Shown in pieces: positions 13,900-28,419 of a stretch of 64,000 nt of DNA. The stretch is from contig OZ024742.1 in assembly GCA_964016885.1 (NCBI GenBank), forward strand, positions 278,318,001 through 278,382,000, in the 5' to 3' direction. The stretch is from Eledone cirrhosa. Taxonomy: Eukaryota. The notes under the pieces were generated by a model that was not told the origin of the DNA, made no database searches, and saw only the letters and a program-made list of their open reading frames with translations. The translations under genes were made by a program, and so were the position numbers. The number at the start of each line of letters is the position of its first letter. Within the stretch, counting starts at the first letter, position 1.

Positions 13900-14490
13900 C
13901 GCCAGAACTGCATGACATTCGATAAGTATGATGTGGCTCCGAGTGTTGTTTCAAGGGAACTATTCATCTTTGCTTTTGAGCTAGATATAGCAACAGTCAT
14001 TCAAACTCATCTCTATAGAGAAGAAATGCTTCCCATCAGTTGGATTTAACCACCTCATTCTGTCTCCTCCCTTTCTAGTTAAATTTATCATTGATTGTAC
14101 CCCACCAAGAGATAGTAAGCTCCAATTTCTTAACGATGTTCCTTTCCATGCACCACAAAACGAAGCCGGGTCTGTTGGTGGTAAAAATGGGAAAGTATTA
14201 TTTGCCGTCCAGATCAAGTAAGTCCTTTCAAATCCTTCTCACTTCCTCCTTGTTCATCTAGTTAACTACAGCACTCTTTCTCGCCTCTGACACCATCCAT
14301 GTTCTTCCAATTAGGAGTCCAGTTCGTGAGACACGAATGTTATGATGGTCTCAATGGCACAGCGTCAAACTGGTCCGCACCTTAACCATATTTGTAAAGC
14401 TCGATTATTGATGGGATAGGTAATTCTAACGGGTCACCATTTGTACACAGCGCAGCATATGCAAAGGTTCGTGGAAATCCTAGCCACTTG
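13900..14490 (-). mobile_element. HERO/R2-superfamily (RLE) non-LTR retrotransposon fragment
   Basis: KWLGFPRTFAYAALCTNGDPLELPIPSIIELYKYG / KVRTSLTL...GRTWMVSEA, then DLDGK*YFPIFTTNRPGFVLWCMERNIVKKLELTISW (RPD..LW...ELT.PW restriction-like endonuclease pattern); stops and frameshifts present. Confidence 0.75.
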
Positions 14491-14812
14491 CGAATATATA
14501 TATATTGCATATATATATATAGAGTCAATTGATGAGGAATACTAATTACTACAAGTGATACACGTCTCGGGACTCAATGCCTTTATGTGAATCGGGTACT
14601 CAGTATTAACATATAACTACCGACATCCCTTGTTGTTAAAGTAAGCTGTAGACTTTTGTATTAAGAAAGAGAGATCAAAGTTTCAATTCAAAATACTTTC
14701 TCTATTTGTAATCATAAATACCACGTATTTCGCAAATAATAAGTTTAGCGATAAGCAGTTACATAATAGTTCAGTATCATGCAGCGCGTACATTTCTAAT
14801 TGTAATCTTCAT

Positions 14813-14915
14813 TGCGTCAGATGAGGAAACTGTTCCTGTAGTCGAGCTACATGTTACCGAACTATTACGTAACTTCTAAGAGCACAGGGCCGGATATTTC
14901 TGAAACACGGGACAC
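14813..14915 (+). ncRNA. Decayed hammerhead motif
   Basis: gtCAGATGA ggaaa..cctgt...acagg..tttct GAAA cacg ggacac; U4 mutated and cleavage triplet lost. Confidence 0.4.
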
Positions 14916-14961
14916 ACTTGTTTGCAATTGTGGAATTAAAGCTTGGTTCTTTATACATATA

Positions 14962-14998
14962 TACTTACGTTTCGGACGCTAGCCTTTCATCAGCAAAG
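14962..14998 (-). ncRNA. Minimal hammerhead motif (Penelope type)
   Basis: CTGATGA aaggc tagc gtcc GAAA cg TA; weak stem I. Confidence 0.55.
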
Positions 14999-15448
14999 TG
15001 AATGAGAAATAAAAGATGAAATAGAAAAATAGAGAATGAGAAGAGGATGGAACTCTAGAGTAACAGGCCACTGACTCAAACTAAATATAGTTATTATTGT
15101 ACTTGAATACTAATTCTAGCAACCAAGAGTACAATACGTGTTCATATAAGCATACTAGTGATTAATACAAATCAGAACCGAAGCTTAAGACAGACAATAC
15201 GATTAGAAAGGAAGAAAACGCATGTGTGAGTAGGAGAGAGAGAGAGGGATAAGATGAGAGAGTGAGAGAGAGCGAAAGAGAGAGTGAGAGCGTGTGAGAT
15301 GTGACTGTGCGCTCTCTTTCCATCTCACTTCTCTCTTTAATATTCTCTATCTTGTTTATTGTTTTTACAACAGTCTTTAACATTTTTTCTTTCTTGTAAT
15401 AACATTCTAATTCTACAGCATCAACAACAACAACAATGATTGAAATTT

Positions 15449-15502
<54 letters not shown>

Positions 15503-15722
15503 ATAATAACAATAATCATGATAATAATACTAATAATATGTTCACAGAAAGCATACAATCGTTTAGAAATATTATCCCTATCAGTTAATTTGTGGAAAGT
15601 GGAGATTGAAATCTTTCAATTTCGAGAAAGTTCGAATGAATCAAATCCATTATTATTGGTAGAAATTTAATATATGAAGCCCGTTAAATAGCTAAATGAA
15701 CAAATAAATACACACTAATACG

Positions 15723-15789
<67 letters not shown>

Positions 15790-15839
15790 CATATATATAT
15801 ATAAATATATATAAATATATATATATACATACATACAAA

Positions 15840-15929
<90 letters not shown>

Positions 15930-17015
15930 TACATATGTATGTTTATATATATATAAACATGTAAACATGCCCCAGCATGGTATCAGCCAGATGGCTGGAA
16001 CAGGTAAAAAAGTTAAAGATATATGAAAAATCAAGAATAATGATTTATCTATAATGATATGAGATTGTATTACTATAATCTCTGTAATTGATAGAAGTTT
16101 TATGAAAGAAAAGAATCTGGAAGAATTTAGACAATGCAGGAATCGATTAAGTAGTGAATTTAATGCTATTAAATGAACAATATATTTCTTGTTATTTTGA
16201 ATTTTAAACAAAGCGTTGACAAGAATAAACTGGATAAATGTTAACGTGTTCAAGATGCACTCGAACACTTGACTAATTGTTAGAGTCATTAGAACGTTCG
16301 ATATTATTGTTGTAGCCAAAAAAGGCATCAACGTCACTTTGGGGACACAAAGTTTCCTTCGTTTTATCCTTTATCTGAAAGAGATGTATTTGACTGAGGA
16401 AAGGATTTGTTTTCATGCTCCTTACCCTTTCTTTAATATGTGATAGGCACCTCAGTGTCGCCATACAGACCAGGAATATAACTGAAGTAAAAAACAAAAA
16501 AAAAACAAACAAAAAATCATCGAAAATAAAGGTTCGCTTTTATCCTTTCCGGGTGGACAAAAAAAGTCCAGGAGCGGCCGATTGACGGAATTGTTTAGAG
16601 TAAAACGAGAGGCTTTGCGGTATCTGATCCAAATCTGTACGTTCAGAGTTCAAATCCCACTTCATTCTACTAAGGCATGCGACAAGCAGAACATTTATAT
16701 ACTTATAAAAATGTTTATATAAATATATAAATTTTTATTACCTGACCACCATAGAACATATTTACTATAACCTGATAACCTGATCTTCTCCACTGTTACA
16801 CTTAGCTGGCTTTAGCCAATATATATTCACACAGAATTTATTGATTCCACCTCTGTGGCTGTCGTCCGAATGAGGATCCTTAACGGCATGTTAGTATCTA
16901 TGACAACAAGATATATGTTACCACTTTACAAACGCACACCCATCTTGTTCACGCCTGTCAAATCCAAAATAACCTTGCATTGACGGGTTTGTTATTCGGA
17001 GATGGTCTGTAACAA

Positions 17016-17205
17016 CAATAATTGTTTCTATTTCTGGATCAAGGCCAGAAATTATTCCAGTACATTACCAGTACTTTATTTTATCGACCCCTTAAGGATG
17101 AAGGGCAAAGTTAACCTCGGTGGGATTTGAACTCAGACCGTAAAGGGGCGTAACTCTATGTTGAAAAGCATGCCATCCAAACGTCTACCGATACTGCCAA
17201 TACAG
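17016..17205 (-). mobile_element. SINE family A
   Basis: Full match to family A. Confidence 0.9.
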
Positions 17206-17554
17206 CAACAATAATACCGACTTCGCAGGCCATCTCAGAATCAAATATTTTCTCTTATCGAATTATAATAAACAAAGTAAAAAGTTCAAGTTACAATTTG
17301 GATTGTGGTTATACATGCACACACAAACACGCATATCCCCCCCCCACACTCACATACATACACACTGACATACACACATATACATATATATATATATCTG
17401 TGTCCGTGTGTATGAGGGAGTGTGTATGTATCTATGTATGTATTTTGACACGCTAACTAAAATATAACTGACGACGTGCAGACGTACACACCAAAAAGCA
17501 AATCACCAATATATGGAAGACTTCATATCGGAGTCACATCTATTTGGAACAGAT

Positions 17555-17757
<203 letters not shown>

Positions 17758-17798
17758 GCAATTATTGCTTCTGATACTCCAACTGCTACGAAGTATGT

Positions 17799-17887
<89 letters not shown>

Positions 17888-17900
17888 CATATATACATAT

Positions 17901-17974
<74 letters not shown>

Positions 17975-18010
17975 GTATATATACACCCATATATATATAT
18001 ATATACATAT

Positions 18011-18089
<79 letters not shown>

Positions 18090-18399
18090 TACACATAGTT
18101 CATTGATTCGTGTTTCTGTATTCCTGTGTACGTGCATGTATTTATGCTACATTGGGTAATGTTATGTCTACAGACATGCTTATATAGGTATATTTGTGTA
18201 TGCATGTGTATGTTTCCTTCTATTTCACGTTTCAATTACAAAACGTCTCCAACAAGCCACTACCCAACGGCTGTCTCGACCACCCGACTTTCTACTCCAT
18301 CTCATACGTCATATCTCATTATATTCATAATTAAAACTATTCCCTTGTCCCCTGATGCTATTATTATTATTACTATTTGCTCACCAACACCACATTAGG

Positions 18400-18661
18400 C
18401 AGTATCGCCAACAGCAGCAGTACCATCACCACTAACAACAACAACAACAGCAGCACCAATAGTGAAAACACTAATATGAACAAAAATGAGAACACCAACA
18501 ACAGCAGCAACAACGACAACAGCACGAACAACACGAACAGCATTGAAAACACAAATGTGAATAAGAATGACAGTAAAACCACCACCAACAACAACAACAA
18601 CAACAACACCAACAACAACAACAACAACAACACTAATAACAACAGCAACAACAACAACACC

Positions 18662-18695
<34 letters not shown>

Positions 18696-18850
18696 GCAAC
18701 AACCACATCACCAACAACAACAACAACACTAATAACAACAGCAACCACCACATCACCAACAACAACACTATCAGCAACGATGAAAAGCAGGAAAACAATA
18801 GCACCCAAAAGAAGAACAACAACAGTAGCAACAACAACGTAAACAGCAGT
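18400..18850. repeat. Degenerate (AAC)n tract
   Basis: Direct reading. Confidence 0.9.
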
Positions 18851-19145
18851 ACTTTCACAGCCACAGCGCCAGAGTCAAACGCTATACAATTTCGAATTAA
18901 AAGCAAAAGAATGAATGTTTGGCCAAGGTGGAAAAAGTTATAACGACAGAAAGGGCCTGGGCCAACATACACGCCCCGGTAGAGGTAATGGCGGCAAAGG
19001 AGAGGAGAACATTAAAATATATATCCCTTTCAGTGAAATCTCGAAAAGCCGAGGCAGCCTCCGAAGGACAGGTTAAGGCGGCACTGAAATGCATCTACAA
19101 TAATGATATAGATCATATATATAAATATATGAATTATGTACACAC

Positions 19146-19190
<45 letters not shown>

Positions 19191-19196
<6 letters not shown>

Positions 19197-19700
19197 TATG
19201 TATACGTCCATACATATTAGTGTACAGACGTACAGTAGTATGTATATATTATATACATACATGCACACATATATATATATGTACGTATGGGTTTACCGAA
19301 CATTTATTATAATGTTTGGTTTGTTTGTAAACAAACAGCCCGAATTACGCCGTGCAGTGCTCTGCAACAATCGTCGCCCTTTTGTTCAACACTGACACAG
19401 GAACGATGTACTAGTTTCAAGCTTATTAGCTATCGTCAGCATCGTATACCTTTCTGTCAGATGATTGAACGTTTGAAAGTATATACTTTCCCTATGCATA
19501 TTAACGGCTGAGCCGCCTAATTTGCATATCGAGTAAGTTAGTCGGCCGGGCGTACCGAGAACGATAAATGGAAAAGAATGAAACGAAATTTTATTTCTCA
19601 CTCTTAGTACGGCTGATACCTAAATATAAGTATGTATACGTACATACATATATGTATATAGACGTACAGTAGTATGTATACAGTAGTATGTATACAGTTG
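19191..19700 (-). mobile_element. Candidate non-LTR retrozyme: ~434-bp monomer plus terminal redundancy
   Basis: tataagtatgtatacgt...agacgtacagtagtatg occurs at 19191 and 19625 (period 434); contains an intact HHR; no coding capacity; (TA)n flanks. Confidence 0.7.
19403..19445 (-). ncRNA. Type I hammerhead ribozyme
   Basis: Minus strand: acgatg CTGACGA t agct aata agct t GAAA ctag TA catcgt. Perfect 6-bp stem I, palindromic stem III actagt, GUA cleavage triplet. Confidence 0.88.
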
Positions 19701-19719
19701 TATACATATATATATATAT

Positions 19720-19808
19720 GAGTGCTTCGTGCAAGCTTCGAATATTGTTTTTTCGTGGATGATGGCCGACCGCCGCAACTTCGATTTTACTAACTTCTTC
19801 CAATCTTT
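19720..19808. repeat. Family Z partial copy, inverted relative to 20377-20465
   Basis: agtgcttcgtgcaagc...aacttcttccaatct is the reverse complement of 20377-20463. Confidence 0.88.
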
Positions 19809-19835
19809 TATATATGTATATATAATATATATATG

Positions 19836-19920
<85 letters not shown>

Positions 19921-19963
19921 GATATATTAACAAATGGAAAGTATATTTATAAAACCATATTTA

Positions 19964-20024
19964 TTTCATTATACATATATCAAGGACACCAAGTTAAATT
20001 ATGGTGTGCTTTCATCAGATAAAA
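19964..20024 (-). ncRNA. Decayed hammerhead related to element 3
   Basis: ttttat CTGATGA aag-c-acacc...ggtgt-c-ctt GATA tatgta TA atgaaa; GAAA mutated to GATA. Confidence 0.6.
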
Positions 20025-20209
20025 TCTAATATAGATCAGTTTTATAAATAAATATTGACATACCCTTAAAGAATGCGACCATTTATGCTGGAAGCTCCCG
20101 GATAGTTTCCATTTGTTAATATAACGTATTTTTACTCCAATAATTTGTTGAGTGCTTTATAACAGTTATAAAAATATTTGCTTGTTTTATCCCAACAATT
20201 TAAGTAGAA

Positions 20210-20364
<155 letters not shown>

Positions 20365-20376
20365 CATATATATATA

Positions 20377-20610
20377 AGATTGGAAGAAGTTAGCAAAATC
20401 GAAGTTGCGGCGGTCGGCCATAATACACGAAAAAACAATATTCGGAGCTTGCACGAAGCACTCAATAAGAAGATATCGATAAATCGATAAGTTACATCTT
20501 AGAGTAATAAACATACGTTAAATAGCGTGACAAATTAAAAACTGTGGTTAAGGGGACAAAGCCACAGAAGCCACCAGAGCAACGGAAAAATACAATCAGT
20601 TTAAATACCT
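20377..20610. repeat. Family Z insert
   Basis: (TA)n-flanked ~230 bp; related to 11660-11860, 19720-19808 and 26787-27025. Confidence 0.7.
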
Positions 20611-20692
20611 ATTTATATATATAGAGAGAGAGAGAGGGGGGGGGGAATAAAGAAAGAGAAAGATAGATAGAGAGAGAGAGAGAGAGAGCGAG

Positions 20693-20754
<62 letters not shown>

Positions 20755-21069
20755 GATATAACGCATTTGAATGCAATTTTCCTTGCTAAAAAGGACGATA
20801 CCATTGAAAGCTCCATGGCGGGCTTTATAGTCACAATGGGGGCTATTTTGATGGGATTCTTAGTATTAAGTGTTTTAGTGTCCCCTGTTTGTGTATGTGT
20901 GTGAGAGTATTATCTTATTGTTACAGTGTAACATCTTTGTCTACGTTTTATTTTTTTCATTTAATTTATTATAAAGAAATAATTTTTACGGAATCGTTTT
21001 ACATATCTCTGTTCCTGTATTGACAATCTAAATATGATATATCTTTCTGGCTATCCATCTTGTATTTTT

Positions 21070-21107
21070 TCTTTCTTTCTGTCCTTCTTTGTTTTTGTTT
21101 GTTTGTT

Positions 21108-21139
<32 letters not shown>

Positions 21140-21189
21140 TCCTTCTTTCGCTCTCTCTCTCTCTTTCTTTCTTTCTTTCTCTCTCTCTG

Positions 21190-21286
<97 letters not shown>

Positions 21287-21360
21287 TTTCTTTCTTTCGC
21301 TCTTTCTTAGTTTCTTTCTTTCTTTCCTTCCTTCTTTCTTTCATTCTTTCATTCTTTCTT
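21070..21360. repeat. (CTTT)n microsatellite
   Basis: Direct reading. Confidence 0.95.
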
Positions 21361-21585
21361 TTTTTTTCTCCTTTTTTATTATTTTCGCTTTCTCCACTCT
21401 ATTTTTTTTATATTTCTCTCTTATTCTCTATCTTTTGCTTTTGGTGTATTTTCCAGTTTTATATTCATGTTTCAAAATGTCGTCTGTCTTAACGATCATT
21501 TTGGACTACGGGGAATAGTTATTAAATTTTACACTAAATTACCCCGATAGCCCCCGTGGGACAAACTTACCGATCACAGTGAATA

Positions 21586-21638
<53 letters not shown>

Positions 21639-22480
21639 ACACACACACAAACACATACATATACACTCTCTCACACACACACACTCTCTCACACACATAC
21701 ATATACATATATCTATATACATACATAAGCATATAAAGCATAAAAATACATATATGTATATATATATATATACATACATATATATATATATACATAAACT
21801 TATATGTATATGTAGATATATATATACACACATATATATTTATATACATGTACATATATTTATGTATGTATGTATGTACGTATGAATGTATGTAAGTATG
21901 TATGTATGCATATATTCACACAGCAGACGTACATATAAATATAGATACAGAGAGACAAATATATGCTCCATACAGTTGAACTTTCACCCACGTATATACA
22001 CACACAGCAAGACAAATATATACACTCTCAAATATATTTGTTCTGCCTTTGGCATTCCTCTATTTTCGGTGACTTTTCCTTTAGTAATTAACGTCAATGT
22101 GTGCGTATGTGTATATGTATGTATGTATATATGTATGTATGTATGTATTTATGTTCGTATGTAGGTATGTATGTATGAGTATGTATACAGGTTTGTATGT
22201 GTAAAATGTATGTGTGTATATATGTATGTGTATGTGTGTATGTATTTAAGTATGCATTTATATATGTAGGTATATGTGTGTGTTTCTGTGTGTGTGCGTG
22301 TCTTTCACTTGTCAGCTAAAAAACATTTGACAGTTAATTTAAAAATGAAAAGAGAATTACTTTCGTCCACCTTCGCACTCAACTTCTCGTTTCTTTTACA
22401 CCCAGCCCCTTTTTTCTTTCCTTCTATCTCTTCCACATATACGCAATTACACACACGCACAGACATATATATCTATATAC

Positions 22481-22557
<77 letters not shown>

Positions 22558-22823
22558 TATATAAATATATATATTTATATATGTACGTGTATATATATAT
22601 ATACACTTACATATATATATATTTATATATATGTATACATACATATATATATATATATGTGTGTGTGTGTATGTGTGTGTATCATACAATAATGAAATAT
22701 AAAGCGTTTGAATAGGTTAATATTTGGACTACTTACACCAACAAATAGAATATTTTATATAAAATTGGAAATAGGTTTCATATAATGCCAGACGATAACC
22801 TCCTCTTGCCCTCCCTCTCATCC

Positions 22824-22854
<31 letters not shown>

Positions 22855-22885
22855 CTTCTTCTTCTTCGTTTTAGTTATATTTCTC

Positions 22886-23045
22886 TTTGTCTGGCAGATA
22901 TCCTTCTAATAGTCGACTCTCATGACAGAAATTACCCAAATATACAAATATAAACCATACACAATCTCTGATATACAAACACACTCATATTGAAGTAGAT
23001 GAATTCACAGGCAGGCATAGACGAGGTATTTCTATATGTATGCAT
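22886..23045. repeat. Interspersed repeat X, copy 2
   Basis: Collinear with 3336-3505 and also preceded by (CTT)n. Confidence 0.85.
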
Positions 23046-23055
23046 GTAAATTTTA

Positions 23056-23580
23056 GGTCGCTATCGAGTGCTACTCGTAACATGTAACCCAGTACAATCT
23101 ATCTCATGGTCGGGCCGCCGGCGACTAAACCGGATACTTCACCAACCTTGCTTGGTGAAGAGGGTGATATTTGGACACACTGCGGGATGAAATACAAGAC
23201 CCGGTGAAGGGCGGAGGAACTCAGCAGAGTCAGCGGCCATCCAAACAGTACTTTTTTTCCACCTGGGAGTGAAAGAACCCCAGTTGTTGTCACAACACCT
23301 TTCTAGGAGAGGGAAACACTGAAAAAAAAAACACCTGCTGCTTCGGAAGCATCCGATGATGTTGACCAGTTCTCCATTTCGGGTAGTGTTTTCGATGCTC
23401 AGAGAGTGGGATTGGTCGAGTGCAAGGCCTTTCCCCACTTAAAAAAACCTTCAAAGCACAGGCCTTGTTTATTCAGGATCTGTTACAGGTTCATGCGGCT
23501 GGCTGTAGCCTAAAAGTGCACCATTTTCTGTAATCTGACAAACGATTGCATTACTCTTAGCAGAGATTGCAGCCACCATG
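23056..23580 (+). mobile_element. Interspersed element Y, copy 2
   Basis: Collinear with 5291-5825. Confidence 0.75.
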
Positions 23581-24401
23581 TATGTATGTAAAAATACACC
23601 TCCCCCCAACACATATATACGTAGGTTTCGGCGTCCAGTTATGGCCTCCAATGTACAGCGGAGGAGTTGTTTTAAGACCAGTTACTCTTGTCAGGACAAA
23701 TTTGAAGATAAAAACGTTACTTCACGAAAACTGGTCATTGTTCGTGTTGAGTTACAGTCAAAAACAAAAAGGCGGCACCCCACTCCACCAAATTATTGTA
23801 GATTATAATATTACATCACTATATGTGCAGAGAGTCCCGTAGAATTTGCTTTTAATCGAAGTGCATATATATAATATGATTGTAGCCTAATTTGTAAGTT
23901 AAAAACATAAAATCTTCAGATGAAACTGTTACAATACGAACAAAGCTCGTACATCGTAAACGGTTAGTTTTTAAAAAGCCAAGGGAGATAATTCCCATTT
24001 AAAAATGTTGGTGGGATGAGGGGACATGATGTGGTGTATATATATTTTGTATGTGCTTGGAAATCTGTTACATTTTCATTTCTGTGCCTTCTAGTAAATC
24101 TGAGGAAAGGGCATTTTGGGTTGTGGGCTTACAGTTTGAAAGGAGATGTATTTTCAGATGCAAAAAATGTATACAAACATCAGTTTTGGAATTAAGATAC
24201 TTGTTTAGAGAAAACATTCTTTGCAAAAAAAATCCTAAATTTACCACTGAAGATAGCACACACACATATATATAAATATACATATATATATATATATAAA
24301 GAAAAAATATTTTACTTCGATAGCGAAGCTAGCGTTATATTTATTGTATATAAACGTATATTATAAGCTTTTATATACACCTATATATTTATATATATAT
24401 C

Positions 24402-24474
<73 letters not shown>

Positions 24475-24481
24475 GTATATA

Positions 24482-24524
<43 letters not shown>

Positions 24525-24624
24525 ATGTGTGTGTGTGTATGAGTGCATATGTAAAAAGTAAACAGAAAGCACAAAGCAAACGACACAGTACATTGAAGAA
24601 ACGTATCTAACGTATCTAACGCTT

Positions 24625-24662
24625 GAAATAACGTTTCGAACAATACTCCTTCTTCAGAATCT
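24625..24662 (-). ncRNA. Decayed minimal hammerhead motif
   Basis: gatt CTGAAGA aggag tatt gttc GAAA cg TT; imperfect stems. Confidence 0.45.
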
Positions 24663-24771
24663 AAAGTTAGAAAAATAGAAATAGAAAAATAAATTGTGAG
24701 AACAGGAAGGAATGGAGAAAAAAAGGAGAAGATAATGGGGGTAAAAATTACACGTGCTTATTCAATCAGCC

Positions 24772-24862
<91 letters not shown>

Positions 24863-25862
24863 ATTAAAAAAAACAACATTTACATATACATGTATATATC
24901 AAACAAACAGGAGGTTAAATGTAAAGAATGCAAGAACATATAATTACAAAAGGCGGCATATCTAAAGTTAAGAAAAATCCAAATACCTGACATTAAATAA
25001 ATATTTATAACCTCTCATACATATTCTGTTATTGCTTAAGAATATGTTTCACCAATTAAATGGGGAAGTTTAATAGCCAATTTTTCATGGATCATCAGCG
25101 AAAGGAAAATCAAACCATGAACTTACACCTCTAATACAAATCCGGGAGTGACACAAAGAGCAAACAACTACGTCAAAACATTGTCTCGTTGACGGGAAAG
25201 CTATAGTGATAGCTAGAAATAGCAGCCAAAACCTTTCAACAAAGGATGTAGTGGTTTGATTTTTTAAGGGGCCAACTAGAATGCTTTCCAATATTCATTT
25301 CAGCTCTCTGATTTCGAATCCTGCCAAGCCCAATTTTAGTATCGATAAATGAATTACCAGTCAATCACTATAATCGACCCCCCCCCCCTCTCTCTCTCTC
25401 TCTATCTCCGATGGAGTATTCAAATACTGTCACAACTATCCTTTGACCACGCCCTTGTGGACATTAAAAAAAGTTTGAAATAACCGATAACAGAATATAT
25501 TAATTTTTATTCTGGGTTTATCTCCCTTTAGAACATATCTGACAGAGAGCCATGACATTGATGTTTTGAAATTGGGACATATCTCTAAGGCTGAGCATAG
25601 ACGTAACTAAATGGTTAAGAATTTCGTTTTACAATCATGTGAATCAGGATTCAATCCCATAGTGTGACTTGGGCAAATCTGTATTTACTTATAGCTTCCG
25701 ATCGAAATAAAGGTGTTAGTGAAACTTTGTTGACGGAAATGGTGTAAAGTAATGTGCGCATGTCCGATAGCGAATGTTCGTTGGCTTATTTCAATCAGAC
25801 TGACACTGACTCTAACAACACAGGGCCACCTAGACAAATCTCCCAAGTTCCTTCGGACACCA

Positions 25863-25900
25863 CCCACTGATGAATGATGCAAAATCCGAAATATAGTGAC
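25863..25900 (+). ncRNA. Decayed minimal hammerhead motif
   Basis: cca CTGATGA atgat gcaaa atcc GAAA ta TA gtg, followed by aataaa. Confidence 0.45.
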
Positions 25901-26379
25901 TAATAAATCGATTCCAAGTTATCTTCATCTCTGGTTTTCATTTCATTTTACATTTCATTTTCCTATTCCTCCATTCCTCCCCTGTCCCTTTTCTTCCTAC
26001 TGCCACCTGATTTATTTTACCTGGAGATTTATCCATCTGCATTGTAGAGGCTTCCAAAAGCGACCATGTTTCATATATATATATTATTTCAACCTTGTTT
26101 TGAAATACAATCTTCAAAAATCGCTGACTAATAGCACATGTTTTCGTCATAAATTGTTTCCCCTATTTTCTTATCTCAATCCCGTCTATCATATGAGTAT
26201 TTTTTTTTCATTTGTTTTCAAAAGATTCTTTATACTCTCTCGCACATTTTCCCGAGGTCTAACTTCCGAATGGTTAAGTCGTTTTTTTACTATATCAAAC
26301 GTTCCTCTAATATCCTGTATATTATAATTTTAATGCATTGCGCTCCCGCGTTGTTTCCGTTTTTGATATGTATTGTAAA

Positions 26380-26413
<34 letters not shown>

Positions 26414-26696
26414 AACACATACACTCACACACACATACATACATACACACAGACACACACAAACACACATGCACATAAACACGTGCATATATTGCTCTTG
26501 CTCAAGAAGGAAAAGTTAAGACTGAAAAATTATAGAAAGCAAGGATAATCCTTTTGTTTAACGCTTGAGATTGTAGGAAAAGAGTGTCAATACATAGGAT
26601 AGCAGATATTCAAGTGAATCTTCTTCTTCTTCTTCTTCTTCTTCTTCTTCTTCTTCTTCTTCTTCTTCTTCTTCTTCTTCTTCTTCTTCTTCTTCT

Positions 26697-26786
<90 letters not shown>

Positions 26787-27020
26787 GAAAGTATAGAAAT
26801 TATTGTGAGCGTGAAGCCAACAGTATTTCATTAACCTGTTTAGCTTGCTTCGTATTTTGGCTCAGGTGGCTGTTATCTCACGTCAACCGTTTTTATTTTG
26901 TCTGGCCTCTATAACGTATGTTAATTGCTCTAGACTTCTTTTAGTCCATTGAACACCTGCCGCATATCTCAAAATGGTGTTCCGCTTGGTTTTGACCACC
27001 GCCGAAATACGATCTCGCTG

Positions 27021-27025
<5 letters not shown>
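26787..27025. repeat. Family Z insert (diverged)
   Basis: ggctcaggtggct, aacgtatgttaattgctct and accgccgaaatacgat match the reverse complement of 20377-20610 in order; (TA)n on both sides. Confidence 0.5.
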
Positions 27026-27087
<62 letters not shown>

Positions 27088-27333
27088 TTAAACATAGATG
27101 CATACATACATGCATGCATACACACAAACACACACATTATATATATATATATATATACATAACAACCACAGACATAATGAAATATATATGTTTAGAATAA
27201 GACAAATGGATTTGTGAGAGATCGATAGAGAACTAGATCGATTGGGAGGACAAAGAGATTGCTGGACAAACTATAAAAGAAATAAAGGTAAACTAGAATT
27301 CAAACAAACAGATAGTCGGCTAGTTATATATAT

Positions 27334-27418
<85 letters not shown>

Positions 27419-27482
27419 AATATATATATATATATATACATGTAACTATATATATCTATTTATATATATATAACTATATATA

Positions 27483-27564
<82 letters not shown>

Positions 27565-27650
27565 TATATATAGTTATATATATATAGTTATATATATATA
27601 TAAATAGATATATATAGTTAAATGTATATATATATATAGTTAAATATAGT

Positions 27651-27701
<51 letters not shown>

Positions 27702-28019
27702 CGAGGTAGACTGAAAGAAATATCTAGAGAGGAGATGGGAGAAAGATCTATTAGTAGTGCAATGAATATATGAATAGTGATCGATTAATCAAAGGATAGA
27801 TATTTAAATAGACAACCAGTGTATATAGAGTAATAGAGAGAGAAAGAAAGTGTGTGATTGATAGATCGATCAATCGATAGGTAGATAGAAAGTCTAAAGA
27901 AATAGCTAAATAGCTTGGAAAAGTCATAGACTGGACGATAAACAAATCAGAAAGATAAATACACACAAACATACACGTACTCTGTCTCTTTCACGCTCTC
28001 ACATATGACACAGACGCCC

Positions 28020-28085
<66 letters not shown>

Positions 28086-28203
28086 TTTTTTTTAAAATAA
28101 ATATCTATATATATAATACATATGTATATATGAATATATATATATATATATATACATATATTTATGTATATATGTAAATATATATATATAAATATATATA
28201 CAT

Positions 28204-28237
<34 letters not shown>

Positions 28238-28371
28238 ATATGTATATAAATATATATACATACATATATTTATATATGTATATGTATATGTGTATACACA
28301 CACACACACATATGTATATATATATATATATACATACATATATATATATAAATATATACACACACACACAC

Positions 28372-28416
<45 letters not shown>

Positions 28417-28419
<3 letters not shown>

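Noticed and set aside
18919-19100. Short non-repetitive ORF segment, possibly LINE ORF1
   Set aside because: No diagnostic motif recognised.
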